DNA of 64,000 nucleotides from Clostridium sp. CAG:780 (GTDB lineage Bacteria; Bacillota; Clostridia; TANB77; CAG-508): NCBI GenBank assembly GCA_000434195.1, contig HF994471.1, positions 26,135 to 90,134 of the forward strand, read 5' to 3'. Shown piece by piece: positions 18,844 to 26,420 of this stretch (position 1 is its first letter; each line of letters starts with the position of its first letter). The notes under the pieces were generated by a model. It saw only the letters and a program-made list of their open reading frames with translations, ran no database searches and was not told where the DNA came from. The position numbers and the translations under genes were made by a program.

Positions 18844-20253
18844 TTATTTTTCTCCTTTTAAATACCACATATGTTCTGATACGATTTTTAAGTCTATTAT
18901 TTTTCCTATCAAGTCTTCTGTTCCTTCAAAATTAACAACTTTATTAGTAGAAGTTCTTCCTGTAAGCATATTTTCGTTTGTTTTACTTTTTCCTTCTACT
19001 AGAACTTTTTGCATTGTTCCAACATATTTTTCATTATTTTTTTGTACTTGACTTTCTACTAATTTCTTTAGTCTATCAAATCTTTTATGTTTAATCTCTT
19101 CCGGAATTTGATCTTCCATTTTATCTGCTGGAGTTCCAACTCTTCTCGAATATATAAACATATAAACTTGCTCAAAACAAATTTTATCTACTACATCAAG
19201 AGTATCCTCAAAATCTTCTTCTGTTTCTCCTGGGAACCCAACTATTATATCTGTTGAGAATACTATTTCTGGTATTTCTTTTTTTATTTTTTGTGCCAAT
19301 TCTAAATATTGTTCTTTTGTATATTTTCTATTCATCTTTTTTAGAACATTAGTACTTCCTGATTGAAGTGGTAAATGTATTATTTTGCACACTTTATCAC
19401 AAGTTTTTATTGCTTCTATTACATCGTCTGTAAAATCCTTTGGATGAGGCGAAACAAATCTTATTCTTTCTATTCCTTCTATTTTATTTATCTCTTTCAA
19501 AAGTTTAGCAAAAGAATTTATTTCTCCTACATCTTCGCCTCTTTCTCTTTCGACTCTCATATACGAGTTAACATTTTGTCCAAGCAAAGTAATTTCTTTG
19601 TATCCCTCTTTTGCCAAACATTTTACCTCTGCTATGATATCTTCTGCTTTTCTGCTTCTTTCTCTTCCTCTTACATATGGAACTATGCAATACGTACAGA
19701 AATTATTGCAACCATTCATAATTAAGACAGAAGCTTTTATATTATCTTCTCTTTTTATCGGCAATCCTTCTATTACTTCTCCATCTATATCTAGTATATC
19801 TTCTATTCTTCCTTTATTTTGTATAACTTCATATACATCTTTTGGGAATGTATGTAATGTATGCGTTCCAAACACTATATCAAAAAATGGATAGCTCTTT
19901 TTTAGCTTTTCTACAATGTGTTTTTCTTGCATCATACAACCGCCAATGGCAATTATTGTACCATTGGCTTCTTTATACTTCTTTACTTCTCCTAGTTTAC
20001 CAAACAACTTGTCTTCTGCATTTTCTCTAACACAACAAGTATTAAATATTATTAAATTTGCTTGAGAAATATCATCTGTTTTGGTATATCCCATCTGTTC
20101 CGCCATCCCCGCGATTTTTTCAGAATCGTTTTCATTTAGCTGGCATCCCATTGTTAATATTGAATATTTTAAATTTTTTCCTGTATTTATTTTATTAACT
20201 TTTTCTGTGTAATTTTGTTCTTCCTCTTTTTGCATAATATGCTTACCTTCCAT
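18844..20253 (-). CDS. miaB: tRNA-2-methylthio-N6-dimethylallyladenosine synthase (MiaB)
   Basis: The MTTase N-terminal domain TMGCQLNENDSEK, the radical-SAM CNNFCTYCIVP motif and a TRAM domain are present. An alternative start is MQKEEE at 20235. Confidence 0.9.
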   Translation of the reverse strand: MEGKHIMQKEEEQNYTEKVNKINTGKNLKYSILTMGCQLNENDSEKIAGMAEQMGYTKTDDISQANLIIFNTCCVRENAEDKLFGKLGEVKKYKEANGTIIAIGGCMMQEKHIVEKLKKSYPFFDIVFGTHTLHTFPKDVYEVIQNKGRIEDILDIDGEVIEGLPIKREDNIKASVLIMNGCNNFCTYCIVPYVRGRERSRKAEDIIAEVKCLAKEGYKEITLLGQNVNSYMRVERERGEDVGEINSFAKLLKEINKIEGIERIRFVSPHPKDFTDDVIEAIKTCDKVCKIIHLPLQSGSTNVLKKMNRKYTKEQYLELAQKIKKEIPEIVFSTDIIVGFPGETEEDFEDTLDVVDKICFEQVYMFIYSRRVGTPADKMEDQIPEEIKHKRFDRLKKLVESQVQKNNEKYVGTMQKVLVEGKSKTNENMLTGRTSTNKVVNFEGTEDLIGKIIDLKIVSEHMWYLKGEK

Positions 20254-20403
20254 TTTCGTTCATTTTCTAACATTATATTACATTTTGTCTGAATTTTCAA
20301 CAAAAAATATAAGAAAATTTTTTTAACCGGATTCCAAATTGTGACAAATTTTATTCTTTTTATGTTGTATAATTATGTTATTCCAAAAAAAGGAGGTGAT
20401 TAT

Positions 20404-20535
20404 ATGAAATCTCCTAAACGCAGGAAGAAGAGTACAAAAAGACCTTTTAAGTTTTTACATAGTTTACTTATTGTATCTAAGTATTTCTTAAAGATTGCTA
20501 AAGTACTCAAAGAACTTATCGATTTATTTCGATAA
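20404..20535 (+). CDS. Small basic hypothetical protein (43 aa)
   Basis: A strong AAAGGAGGTGA ribosome-binding site sits 7 nt before the ATG. The product MKSPKRRKKSTKRPFKFLHSLLIVSKYFLKIAKVLKELIDLFR is followed immediately by a terminator. Confidence 0.45.
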   Translation: MKSPKRRKKSTKRPFKFLHSLLIVSKYFLKIAKVLKELIDLFR

Positions 20536-20572
20536 AAAAAACACACAGGCAGTAGGAATGCCTGTGTTTTTT
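20533..20572 (+). terminator. Rho-independent terminator
   Basis: aaaaaaa-ACACAGGC-agtaggaat-GCCTGTGT-tttttt. Confidence 0.75.
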
Positions 20573-20769
20573 CGTAATCCTTTGGATTACATTCCAACTT
20601 TTAAAGGTTGTGTTCTATGAAATCTCCACTATAATACATTATACTATATTTATAAAAATATGCAATACTTTTTAGTAAAATTTAATCATAATCGTTCGAC
20701 AAATTTCGTTTTTTGTTGCAAAATTAAAAAGAATAAACACATATGTTTACTCCTTCTAATATATTTAAA

Positions 20770-20970
20770 TTATTGAATTCCATATTTCTTTTTGAATTTG
20801 TCTGCTCTACCACCTGTTGTTTCTCTTTTTAAGTTACCTGTCCAGAATGGATGACATTTTGAGCAAACATCAACTTTCATATCTTTTTTTGTTGATCCTG
20901 CTTTTATAACATTTCCACATGCACATGTGATTGTTGTTTCTGCATAATTTGGATGTATTCCTTCTTTCAC
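20770..20970 (-). CDS. rpmE: 50S ribosomal protein L31 (zinc-binding type)
   Basis: [14 protein letters not shown] and [10 protein letters not shown] are L31 motifs. The likely start is GTG at 20970 with an AGGGAGAGG ribosome-binding site. Confidence 0.85.
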   Translation of the reverse strand: MKEGIHPNYAETTITCACGNVIKAGSTKKDMKVDVCSKCHPFWTGNLKRETTGGRADKFKKKYGIQ

Positions 20971-21057
20971 TGTTAATTCACCTCTCCCTTTTTTTATAAA
21001 ACTACCATCCACTATAATAACATAATCTTATTATATTTTCAAGAGTTAATTATATTT

Positions 21058-21225
21058 TTATTTATTTTGTTCAATATTACTAATTTCATTTGCTTGTTGC
21101 ATGTATTCTATAGAACTTTCTACCTCTTGTTTCAGAGAATATTTTTTTACTATTTTGTTTACAATGTTAAATAAGCAAGCGATTATTAATATTGCCATTA
21201 ATAATTTTTTCCAAATCTTAGCCAT
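21058..21225 (-). CDS. Small membrane-associated hypothetical protein (55 aa)
   Basis: ATG at 21225 follows an AGGAGAAAAAA ribosome-binding site. The product MAKIWKKLLMAILIIACLFNIVNKIVKKYSLKQEVESSIEYMQQANEISNIEQNK has an N-terminal hydrophobic helix and an acidic C-terminus. The gene lies directly downstream of the histidine kinase. Confidence 0.4.
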   Translation of the reverse strand: MAKIWKKLLMAILIIACLFNIVNKIVKKYSLKQEVESSIEYMQQANEISNIEQNK

Positions 21226-21316
21226 TTTTTTCTCCTAATAATTTTTACTATATTCTATTATAGTTAATTTTCCGCTTTTTGTCAACTAAAAATTGTTCTT
21301 TTTACTGTTTTTGGTG

Positions 21317-22780
21317 TTATTTTTTTATGTTTTCTATTGTTATTCTTCCAGTTTTGTCTTTTATTTTTTCTGATCTATATGTTAGTATTTTGTACTCTGC
21401 TTTACCGTCAAATCTAAATATTAAAGTTTTGGTAAAGTCATTTTCTTTCATTGGATGTTTCTCTTCTATTATCAAAGTACCCTTAGTTTCTTTTAATGTT
21501 TCAAATGTTGTGATAAATCCAATTCCTGTTCCACCTTCTTCTTTATGTGTTGTCGCTGGTTCCAATCCTAACTTTAATAATGTCTTTGGTTCGAATTCTA
21601 TTCCTGTGTCTGATATTCGTAGTTCATATATTTTGTCTTTTTCTTCTATCACAGTAACAATACTTCTAAATTTGTTTTGACTATGGTTTACTGCTATTAT
21701 TGCATCTCTTATGTGGTCACCTATCAAGGTTACTAATTTATCTTGTGGTATTATTTTATTTACAAGATGTCTGATGTCTCCATTTATTTGTAGCTTAAAG
21801 TCTATGTTATTTTTTATACACTCACTTTGCATATACTTAAACATATCATCTATTTCTTCAATTTCTGTTGTTGGCAATTTTTCTATGTGTTTGATTTCTT
21901 CTAGTTTATTAGAATATTCTTTTGATAAATTATTTATTTGATCTATGACCGATATTTCGTTAGCCATTTCTGTGTTCATGTTAGACAATAGATTGTCTAC
22001 TTTTAGTTGCATCGCTTTTTGTCTGTTATAAAATTCATGATTTAATTTGCTTATTTCAAATTTTTCTTTTGAAAGCTCTTCTATTTTATTGTCTTTGTCT
22101 TTTATTTCTTTTTCATATTCTTGTATATTTTTCTCTAGTTGTTTTTGTTTGTAGTATACTGTTAGTGTTTTTTGAATCATTATTATCATGATGACCACTA
22201 ATACTATGAATGGAAATAATATTTGTTTTACTATTGCCCCGTTTCCTGTTCCTTTTCCAAATAGACAATATGCAAACATTATTACTGCACTAATGTTTAT
22301 CATTATAATGTCTAAATACTCATTATTAGCTTTTTTGTTTAAAAATGTAAATCCGTTTTTAAATCTCCTGATTTTAAAGAACCCTATAAATAACGCTATT
22401 TCAAATATTAAAGCTATTGTTAAGTTTATAATATCTTCTTTAATTTTAATCGTATACATTGGAATCGCTTCCAATAGCATAGCAACAACCAATCCTATAT
22501 ACGCCATAGCATTAGCAATTAAATTCGCTATGATTAGAGATTTATTTTCATAAACAAATATTATTCTAATAAACACTATTTGTATAAAGAACAGTATTGC
22601 ATTTATCAGAATATGATCTATGTATTTGCTTAAAAAGACATAGATTGCAGTATTAACCAAACTTGCAGCAATCATCTTTATTGAAGTTTTGATATCAATC
22701 TTATTATTTGTTATTTTTGCAAATATAAAAAATATTAAGCTATTTATAGTAAAAGTTTTCATTATTAATTCTATATTCAT
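21317..22780 (-). CDS. Membrane sensor histidine kinase with an AgrC/HPK10-like architecture (6-7 TM segments plus GHKL ATPase)
   Basis: About 200 aa of polytopic N-terminus precede a coiled region with KLNHEFYNRQ and a C-terminal GHKL-type ATPase (GTGIGFITTFETLKE). Confidence 0.6.
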   Translation of the reverse strand: MNIELIMKTFTINSLIFFIFAKITNNKIDIKTSIKMIAASLVNTAIYVFLSKYIDHILINAILFFIQIVFIRIIFVYENKSLIIANLIANAMAYIGLVVAMLLEAIPMYTIKIKEDIINLTIALIFEIALFIGFFKIRRFKNGFTFLNKKANNEYLDIIMINISAVIMFAYCLFGKGTGNGAIVKQILFPFIVLVVIMIIMIQKTLTVYYKQKQLEKNIQEYEKEIKDKDNKIEELSKEKFEISKLNHEFYNRQKAMQLKVDNLLSNMNTEMANEISVIDQINNLSKEYSNKLEEIKHIEKLPTTEIEEIDDMFKYMQSECIKNNIDFKLQINGDIRHLVNKIIPQDKLVTLIGDHIRDAIIAVNHSQNKFRSIVTVIEEKDKIYELRISDTGIEFEPKTLLKLGLEPATTHKEEGGTGIGFITTFETLKETKGTLIIEEKHPMKENDFTKTLIFRFDGKAEYKILTYRSEKIKDKTGRITIENIKK

Positions 22781-22934
22781 AAGCTCTTCCCCTTCTAAGT
22801 AGCTCTATTATATACAAAAAAATGAATGTAATCAATAAATTACACTCATTTTTTATATATTACTATAATCCTAATATATATTCAAGCCACTCCCAAAAGT
22901 CTCTCATGTGCACTCACCACCAATCTTTTTTATT

Positions 22935-22977
22935 TTTTACAAATAAAAAATACCACTTATACGCCCTTGTATAAGTG
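22935..22977 (-). terminator. Rho-independent terminator after the response-regulator gene
   Basis: On the minus strand, CACTTATAC-aaggg-c-GTATAAGTG is followed by GTATTTTTTATTTG. Confidence 0.6.
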
Positions 22978-22993
22978 ATATTTGGTAGTGTAG

Positions 22994-23029
22994 TTTTGTT
23001 AAATTTTGTAGTTTTTTGTTAGATTTTGT
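22994..23029. promoter_or_regulatory. Phased array of four TTTTGT (ACAAAA on the gene strand) at exactly 10-bp spacing in the 3' UTR of the Spo0A-like gene
   Basis: TTTTGT occurs at 22994, 23004, 23014 and 23024. Helically phased A-tracts of this kind can give a bent DNA element or a repeated protein-binding site. Confidence 0.4.
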
Positions 23030-23035
23030 GATTTT

Positions 23036-23827
23036 TTATAATGTCTTTCTTATTTTTTCTACATAATAATATATAAATCCAGTAGGTGTTGGTATTCCTG
23101 TTTCATGATTTATCTTTGCAGTATAATGTTCTGATAAATCTTCTATTGACGATATTCTCCACGCATATATTATTGCATTTTGCATTGCTCTACTTATTGT
23201 ACTATCTGGTTTCTTATATTTTGCTGTTAAGTATTGAGTAATTGAGATTTTGCTATCTTTGCTTTCGCTTGTTAATAAGTATAATATCGCATCATGCAAA
23301 TATTTTCTTCCTTGTAGATGTGGACTTACTCCTATTATGTCTAACTCTTTATCAACTTTGTCAGAAATCATTTTTAATTCTTCTTCGTCATCATTCTCAT
23401 TGCTTACTGGTATTTCTCTTTCTTTATTTTTATATTCTCTCAATAACAATAATGTATTTATCACTTTCTCTATCGAGTAGTTTTCTTGCTTTTTGTAAAA
23501 TATAAAATCCACTTTGCTTTCATGTAGATAGTCATATACTGAATCTGAAAATACATTTGTTGTTACTACAATTTTAGGTTTTCTTTCTAATTTCAAATTT
23601 TGAAGTCCTTTCAAAAAGTCAAACCCGCTTCCTTGCCCTTCATTTAATTCTAAATCTAAAATTATTCCTTCTGGCGAATGTCTTTTATATAGTTTTAACC
23701 CTTCTTCTGCAGAATTTGTGATTGCTACGAATTCAATTTCATCACTCTTATTCGCAAATTCTACAAACTTATTACATTCGTTTTTGTCATCTTCTATTAA
23801 TAATAGTTTCATTGGTACTTTGCTCAT
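23036..23827 (-). CDS. Spo0A-like response regulator (receiver domain plus divergent Spo0A-type C-terminal DNA-binding domain)
   Basis: The receiver has LLLIEDD and ILDLEL. The C-terminus has IIGVSPHLQGRKYLHDAI, TISRAMQNAIIYAWRIS and IPTPTGFIYYYVEKI, which align to the Spo0A_C motifs GVPAHIKGYxYLREAI, RVERAIRHAIEVAW and KPTNSEFIAMVADKL. It has an AAAGGAGTG ribosome-binding site. The protein is too divergent to be a canonical Spo0A. Confidence 0.6.
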   Translation of the reverse strand: MSKVPMKLLLIEDDKNECNKFVEFANKSDEIEFVAITNSAEEGLKLYKRHSPEGIILDLELNEGQGSGFDFLKGLQNLKLERKPKIVVTTNVFSDSVYDYLHESKVDFIFYKKQENYSIEKVINTLLLLREYKNKEREIPVSNENDDEEELKMISDKVDKELDIIGVSPHLQGRKYLHDAILYLLTSESKDSKISITQYLTAKYKKPDSTISRAMQNAIIYAWRISSIEDLSEHYTAKINHETGIPTPTGFIYYYVEKIRKTL

Positions 23828-23917
23828 TTTTTCTGCACTCCTTTATTCTCATTTTTTCATATTTTATCACATTTTATCATGGATTTCCATATTTTTGTAG
23901 TCTGTTTTATCATTTCT

Positions 23918-23924
23918 TGTCGAA
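23918..23924. promoter_or_regulatory. Perfect Spo0A-box-like heptamer TGTCGAA in the divergent promoter region, flanked by two TTTTGTAG copies (23893, 23925)
   Basis: cttGTCGAAttttgtag lies between the regulator start (23827) and the XRE gene start (23983). Confidence 0.3.
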
Positions 23925-23982
23925 TTTTGTAGTTTATTATATGTATTAATAATTACTTTATAAAGAAAGGATTGATTTGTTT

Positions 23983-24300
23983 ATGTTAAAAAAGGAAATA
24001 GGTTTAAGAATTAAGTATATTCGTGAAACTATGGGGTATACTAAAGAAAAGCTTGCTAAGATGCTTGGAGTATCTGGTCAGTATTTAGGAATGGTTGAAC
24101 ATGGAAAAGGTTGTCTTTCAATAGACAAGATAGGAAAACTTTGTCAGATAACTAATCTCTCTGCTGACTATATCTTATTTGGTAAGGATTACTCTTTACC
24201 CGCTTCTGCACAAAAAGCTTTAGACGAATATAGTGAAGAACAAATTATATCAGGTTGTGAGACTCTTGAAAAATTGGCTCTTTTTATCAAAAATTTATAA
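23983..24300 (+). CDS. XRE-family helix-turn-helix transcriptional regulator
   Basis: The helix-turn-helix LAKMLGVSGQYLGMVEHGKGCLSIDKIGKLCQITNLSADYILFG is present. The ATG at 23983 has an AAAGGA ribosome-binding site. Confidence 0.75.
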   Translation: MLKKEIGLRIKYIRETMGYTKEKLAKMLGVSGQYLGMVEHGKGCLSIDKIGKLCQITNLSADYILFGKDYSLPASAQKALDEYSEEQIISGCETLEKLALFIKNL

Positions 24301-24314
24301 AATTCCTTTAAAAT

Positions 24315-24340
24315 AAAAAGCATTATGGCTTTTTATTTTT
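24315..24340 (+). terminator. Weak AT-rich hairpin terminator
   Basis: AAAAAGC-attatg-GCTTTTT-attttt. Confidence 0.35.
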
Positions 24341-24384
24341 GTATATTTTTCTTATTTCTGCTAACACTATTTTTAGAGGTGTAA

Positions 24385-25059
24385 ATGATGAGTACTAATA
24401 AGAAAAGTTATTCTTATATTTTTATAATTGTTTTAATTATTATAATTGGAGTAGTTTTATTTTTTATTTTTAGAAATAATGGAGAAACTGATAACAATTC
24501 TATGAATAATGAAGCTAAACTTGCTCTTGATTCTAATGTTTTAGGAAATAATGATAAAACCAACGAAATTGCTAATAAAATTGAAAACGCGGTTTCTACC
24601 CCAAAAGAAGAAGAGCTTTCTTCTTTTTCTACTGATTTAGGATCAAGTCCAGAAGGTAGACTTACTAATATTAGAATTACTTGCTCCAAGCTAAATGGTT
24701 GTACTGTTGCAAAAGGAGAAACTTTTTCATTCTGTGGAACTATCGGTCCTTCCACTGCAGAAGATGGATATAAAGAAGCTAGCGTCTTTGTAAATGGTGA
24801 AACGGTTCAAGCTCTTGGAGGTGGTAACTGTCAAGTTAGTAGCACTTTGTATAATGCAGTTTTGGCAGTTCCTGATTTAGAAGTAAAGGAAAGACATGCT
24901 CATGGAAAAAAAGTATCTTATGTTCCTGAAGGAAAGGATGCCGCTGTTTCTTATGGTTCTGTTGATTTAAAGTTCAAAAATAATACTGCAAATGATATCA
25001 AAATGTATTTTAGTACAGATGATAAAACTGTTACTGTTAAAATTGTAAAATTGGTTTAA
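24385..25059 (+). CDS. VanW-family protein (membrane-anchored)
   Basis: An N-terminal transmembrane segment is followed by the VanW-domain core GETFSFCGTIGP...GGGNCQVSSTLYNAVL. Confidence 0.7.
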   Translation: MMSTNKKSYSYIFIIVLIIIIGVVLFFIFRNNGETDNNSMNNEAKLALDSNVLGNNDKTNEIANKIENAVSTPKEEELSSFSTDLGSSPEGRLTNIRITCSKLNGCTVAKGETFSFCGTIGPSTAEDGYKEASVFVNGETVQALGGGNCQVSSTLYNAVLAVPDLEVKERHAHGKKVSYVPEGKDAAVSYGSVDLKFKNNTANDIKMYFSTDDKTVTVKIVKLV

Positions 25060-25119
25060 TTTGCATATTTTTCTCTTATATGAATATTATTTATTAATAT
25101 TTCATTAGGAGGATTTTTT

Positions 25120-26385
25120 ATGCATTCTTTTCATAAAAAAAGTTTAATAGTTATTTCTCTTTGCATTATTTTATTACTTAGTAATTGTTTTATATATGTT
25201 CAGTTTGCTGTTGAAAATACGCAATATGTCTGGTGCAATCAGTCAAAGCCTGTCGAGTCAAAAGAAACAAGTGCTGGCTTAATTTCGGATTCTGCAACAG
25301 TTACTGATAATCCTTTAAATTTAGATTGTGAATCCGCTTGTCTTATTGAACAATCTTCCGGATTGATTATATATGATCATAATATGCATGAAAAGCTACG
25401 TCCTGCAAGTGTTACAAAAATAATGAGTCTTCTTTTAATTATGGAAGCACTCGATAGTGGTAGGATTAGTTTAACAGATACAGTTCCTTGTACAGAAGAT
25501 GCCGCTGCAATGGGTGGCTCGCAAATTTGGCTTGATGTTCGTGAGACTTTAACTGTTGATGAGATGTTAAAAGCTATTTGTATTGTGTCTGCAAATGATT
25601 GTGTTGTTGCCATGGCAAATTATCTAGAAGGAAGTCAAGAAGCCTTTGTTGCTAAGATGAATGAAAAAGCTCAAGCACTTGGTATGAATGATACCACTTT
25701 TAAAAACTGTCATGGAATCGATGAAGATGGTCATTTAACTTCTGCTTATGACATTGCAATCATGTCCAGAGAACTTTTAGAAAATCATCCTTCTATTACA
25801 AAATATACGACAATTTGGATGGATTCTCTTAGAGATGGAAAATCTAGCTTAGTTAATACAAATAAACTTGTTCGTAATTATAATGGCTGCACAGGTTTAA
25901 AAACTGGTTCAACGTCTCTTGCCTTATATAATTTGTCAGCTTCTGCAACCAGAAACGGCTTATCTCTAATTAGTGTAGTTTTAAAGGCTCCTAATCCTAA
26001 AACAAGATTTGCAAGTGCTCAAAAGCTTTTAGACTATGGTTTTAATAATTATTCTGTTACTGAGTTCGGAAAGCAAGGCGATGTTGTTAGAGAGTTAAAA
26101 GTCAATAAAGGTTCTTCAAATAGTGTAAATGCAGTCTTAGAAAGCGACGCTAAAGTTCTTGTTTCTAAGTCTAACAAAGGAGAAATATCTCAGGAAGTTA
26201 CTCTAGACGAGAGTGTTAATGCTCCGATTTTAAAAGGTCAAAAGCTAGGCGAAGTTTCTTATAGTATTAATGGAAGTATTGTATCTACTGTTAATATTAT
26301 TGCTGACAAAGAAGTCGGAAAGTTGAATTTTGCTAGTATCACAAAATCCACATTTGCTAAGTGGTTTAATCTTTTTAGAGTTTAA
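25120..26385 (+). CDS. Serine-type D-alanyl-D-alanine carboxypeptidase (PBP5/DacF-like)
   Basis: It has a signal peptide, SVTKIM (SxxK), SANDC (SxN), KTGST (KTG) and a C-terminal PBP5-C-like domain. Confidence 0.8.
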   Translation: MHSFHKKSLIVISLCIILLLSNCFIYVQFAVENTQYVWCNQSKPVESKETSAGLISDSATVTDNPLNLDCESACLIEQSSGLIIYDHNMHEKLRPASVTKIMSLLLIMEALDSGRISLTDTVPCTEDAAAMGGSQIWLDVRETLTVDEMLKAICIVSANDCVVAMANYLEGSQEAFVAKMNEKAQALGMNDTTFKNCHGIDEDGHLTSAYDIAIMSRELLENHPSITKYTTIWMDSLRDGKSSLVNTNKLVRNYNGCTGLKTGSTSLALYNLSASATRNGLSLISVVLKAPNPKTRFASAQKLLDYGFNNYSVTEFGKQGDVVRELKVNKGSSNSVNAVLESDAKVLVSKSNKGEISQEVTLDESVNAPILKGQKLGEVSYSINGSIVSTVNIIADKEVGKLNFASITKSTFAKWFNLFRV

Positions 26386-26387
26386 AT

Positions 26388-26420
26388 ATAAGACATCTGT
26401 TTAGTCAGATGTCTTATTTT
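26388..26420. terminator. Bidirectional rho-independent terminator between the convergent dacF-like and beta-glucosidase genes
   Basis: AAGACATCTG-tttagt-CAGATGTCTT-atttt. Confidence 0.7.

Noticed and set aside
20400-20597. 65-aa minus-strand ORF overlapping the small basic plus-strand gene
   Set aside because: It is antisense to an ORF with a far better ribosome-binding site and a terminator, and has no start context of its own.
23036-23827. Calling the regulator the canonical Spo0A
   Set aside because: Spo0A is nearly invariant across endospore formers, particularly GVPAHIKGY and the recognition helix. This protein matches the fold but differs at most signature positions, and it is not in the spoIVB-recN neighbourhood.
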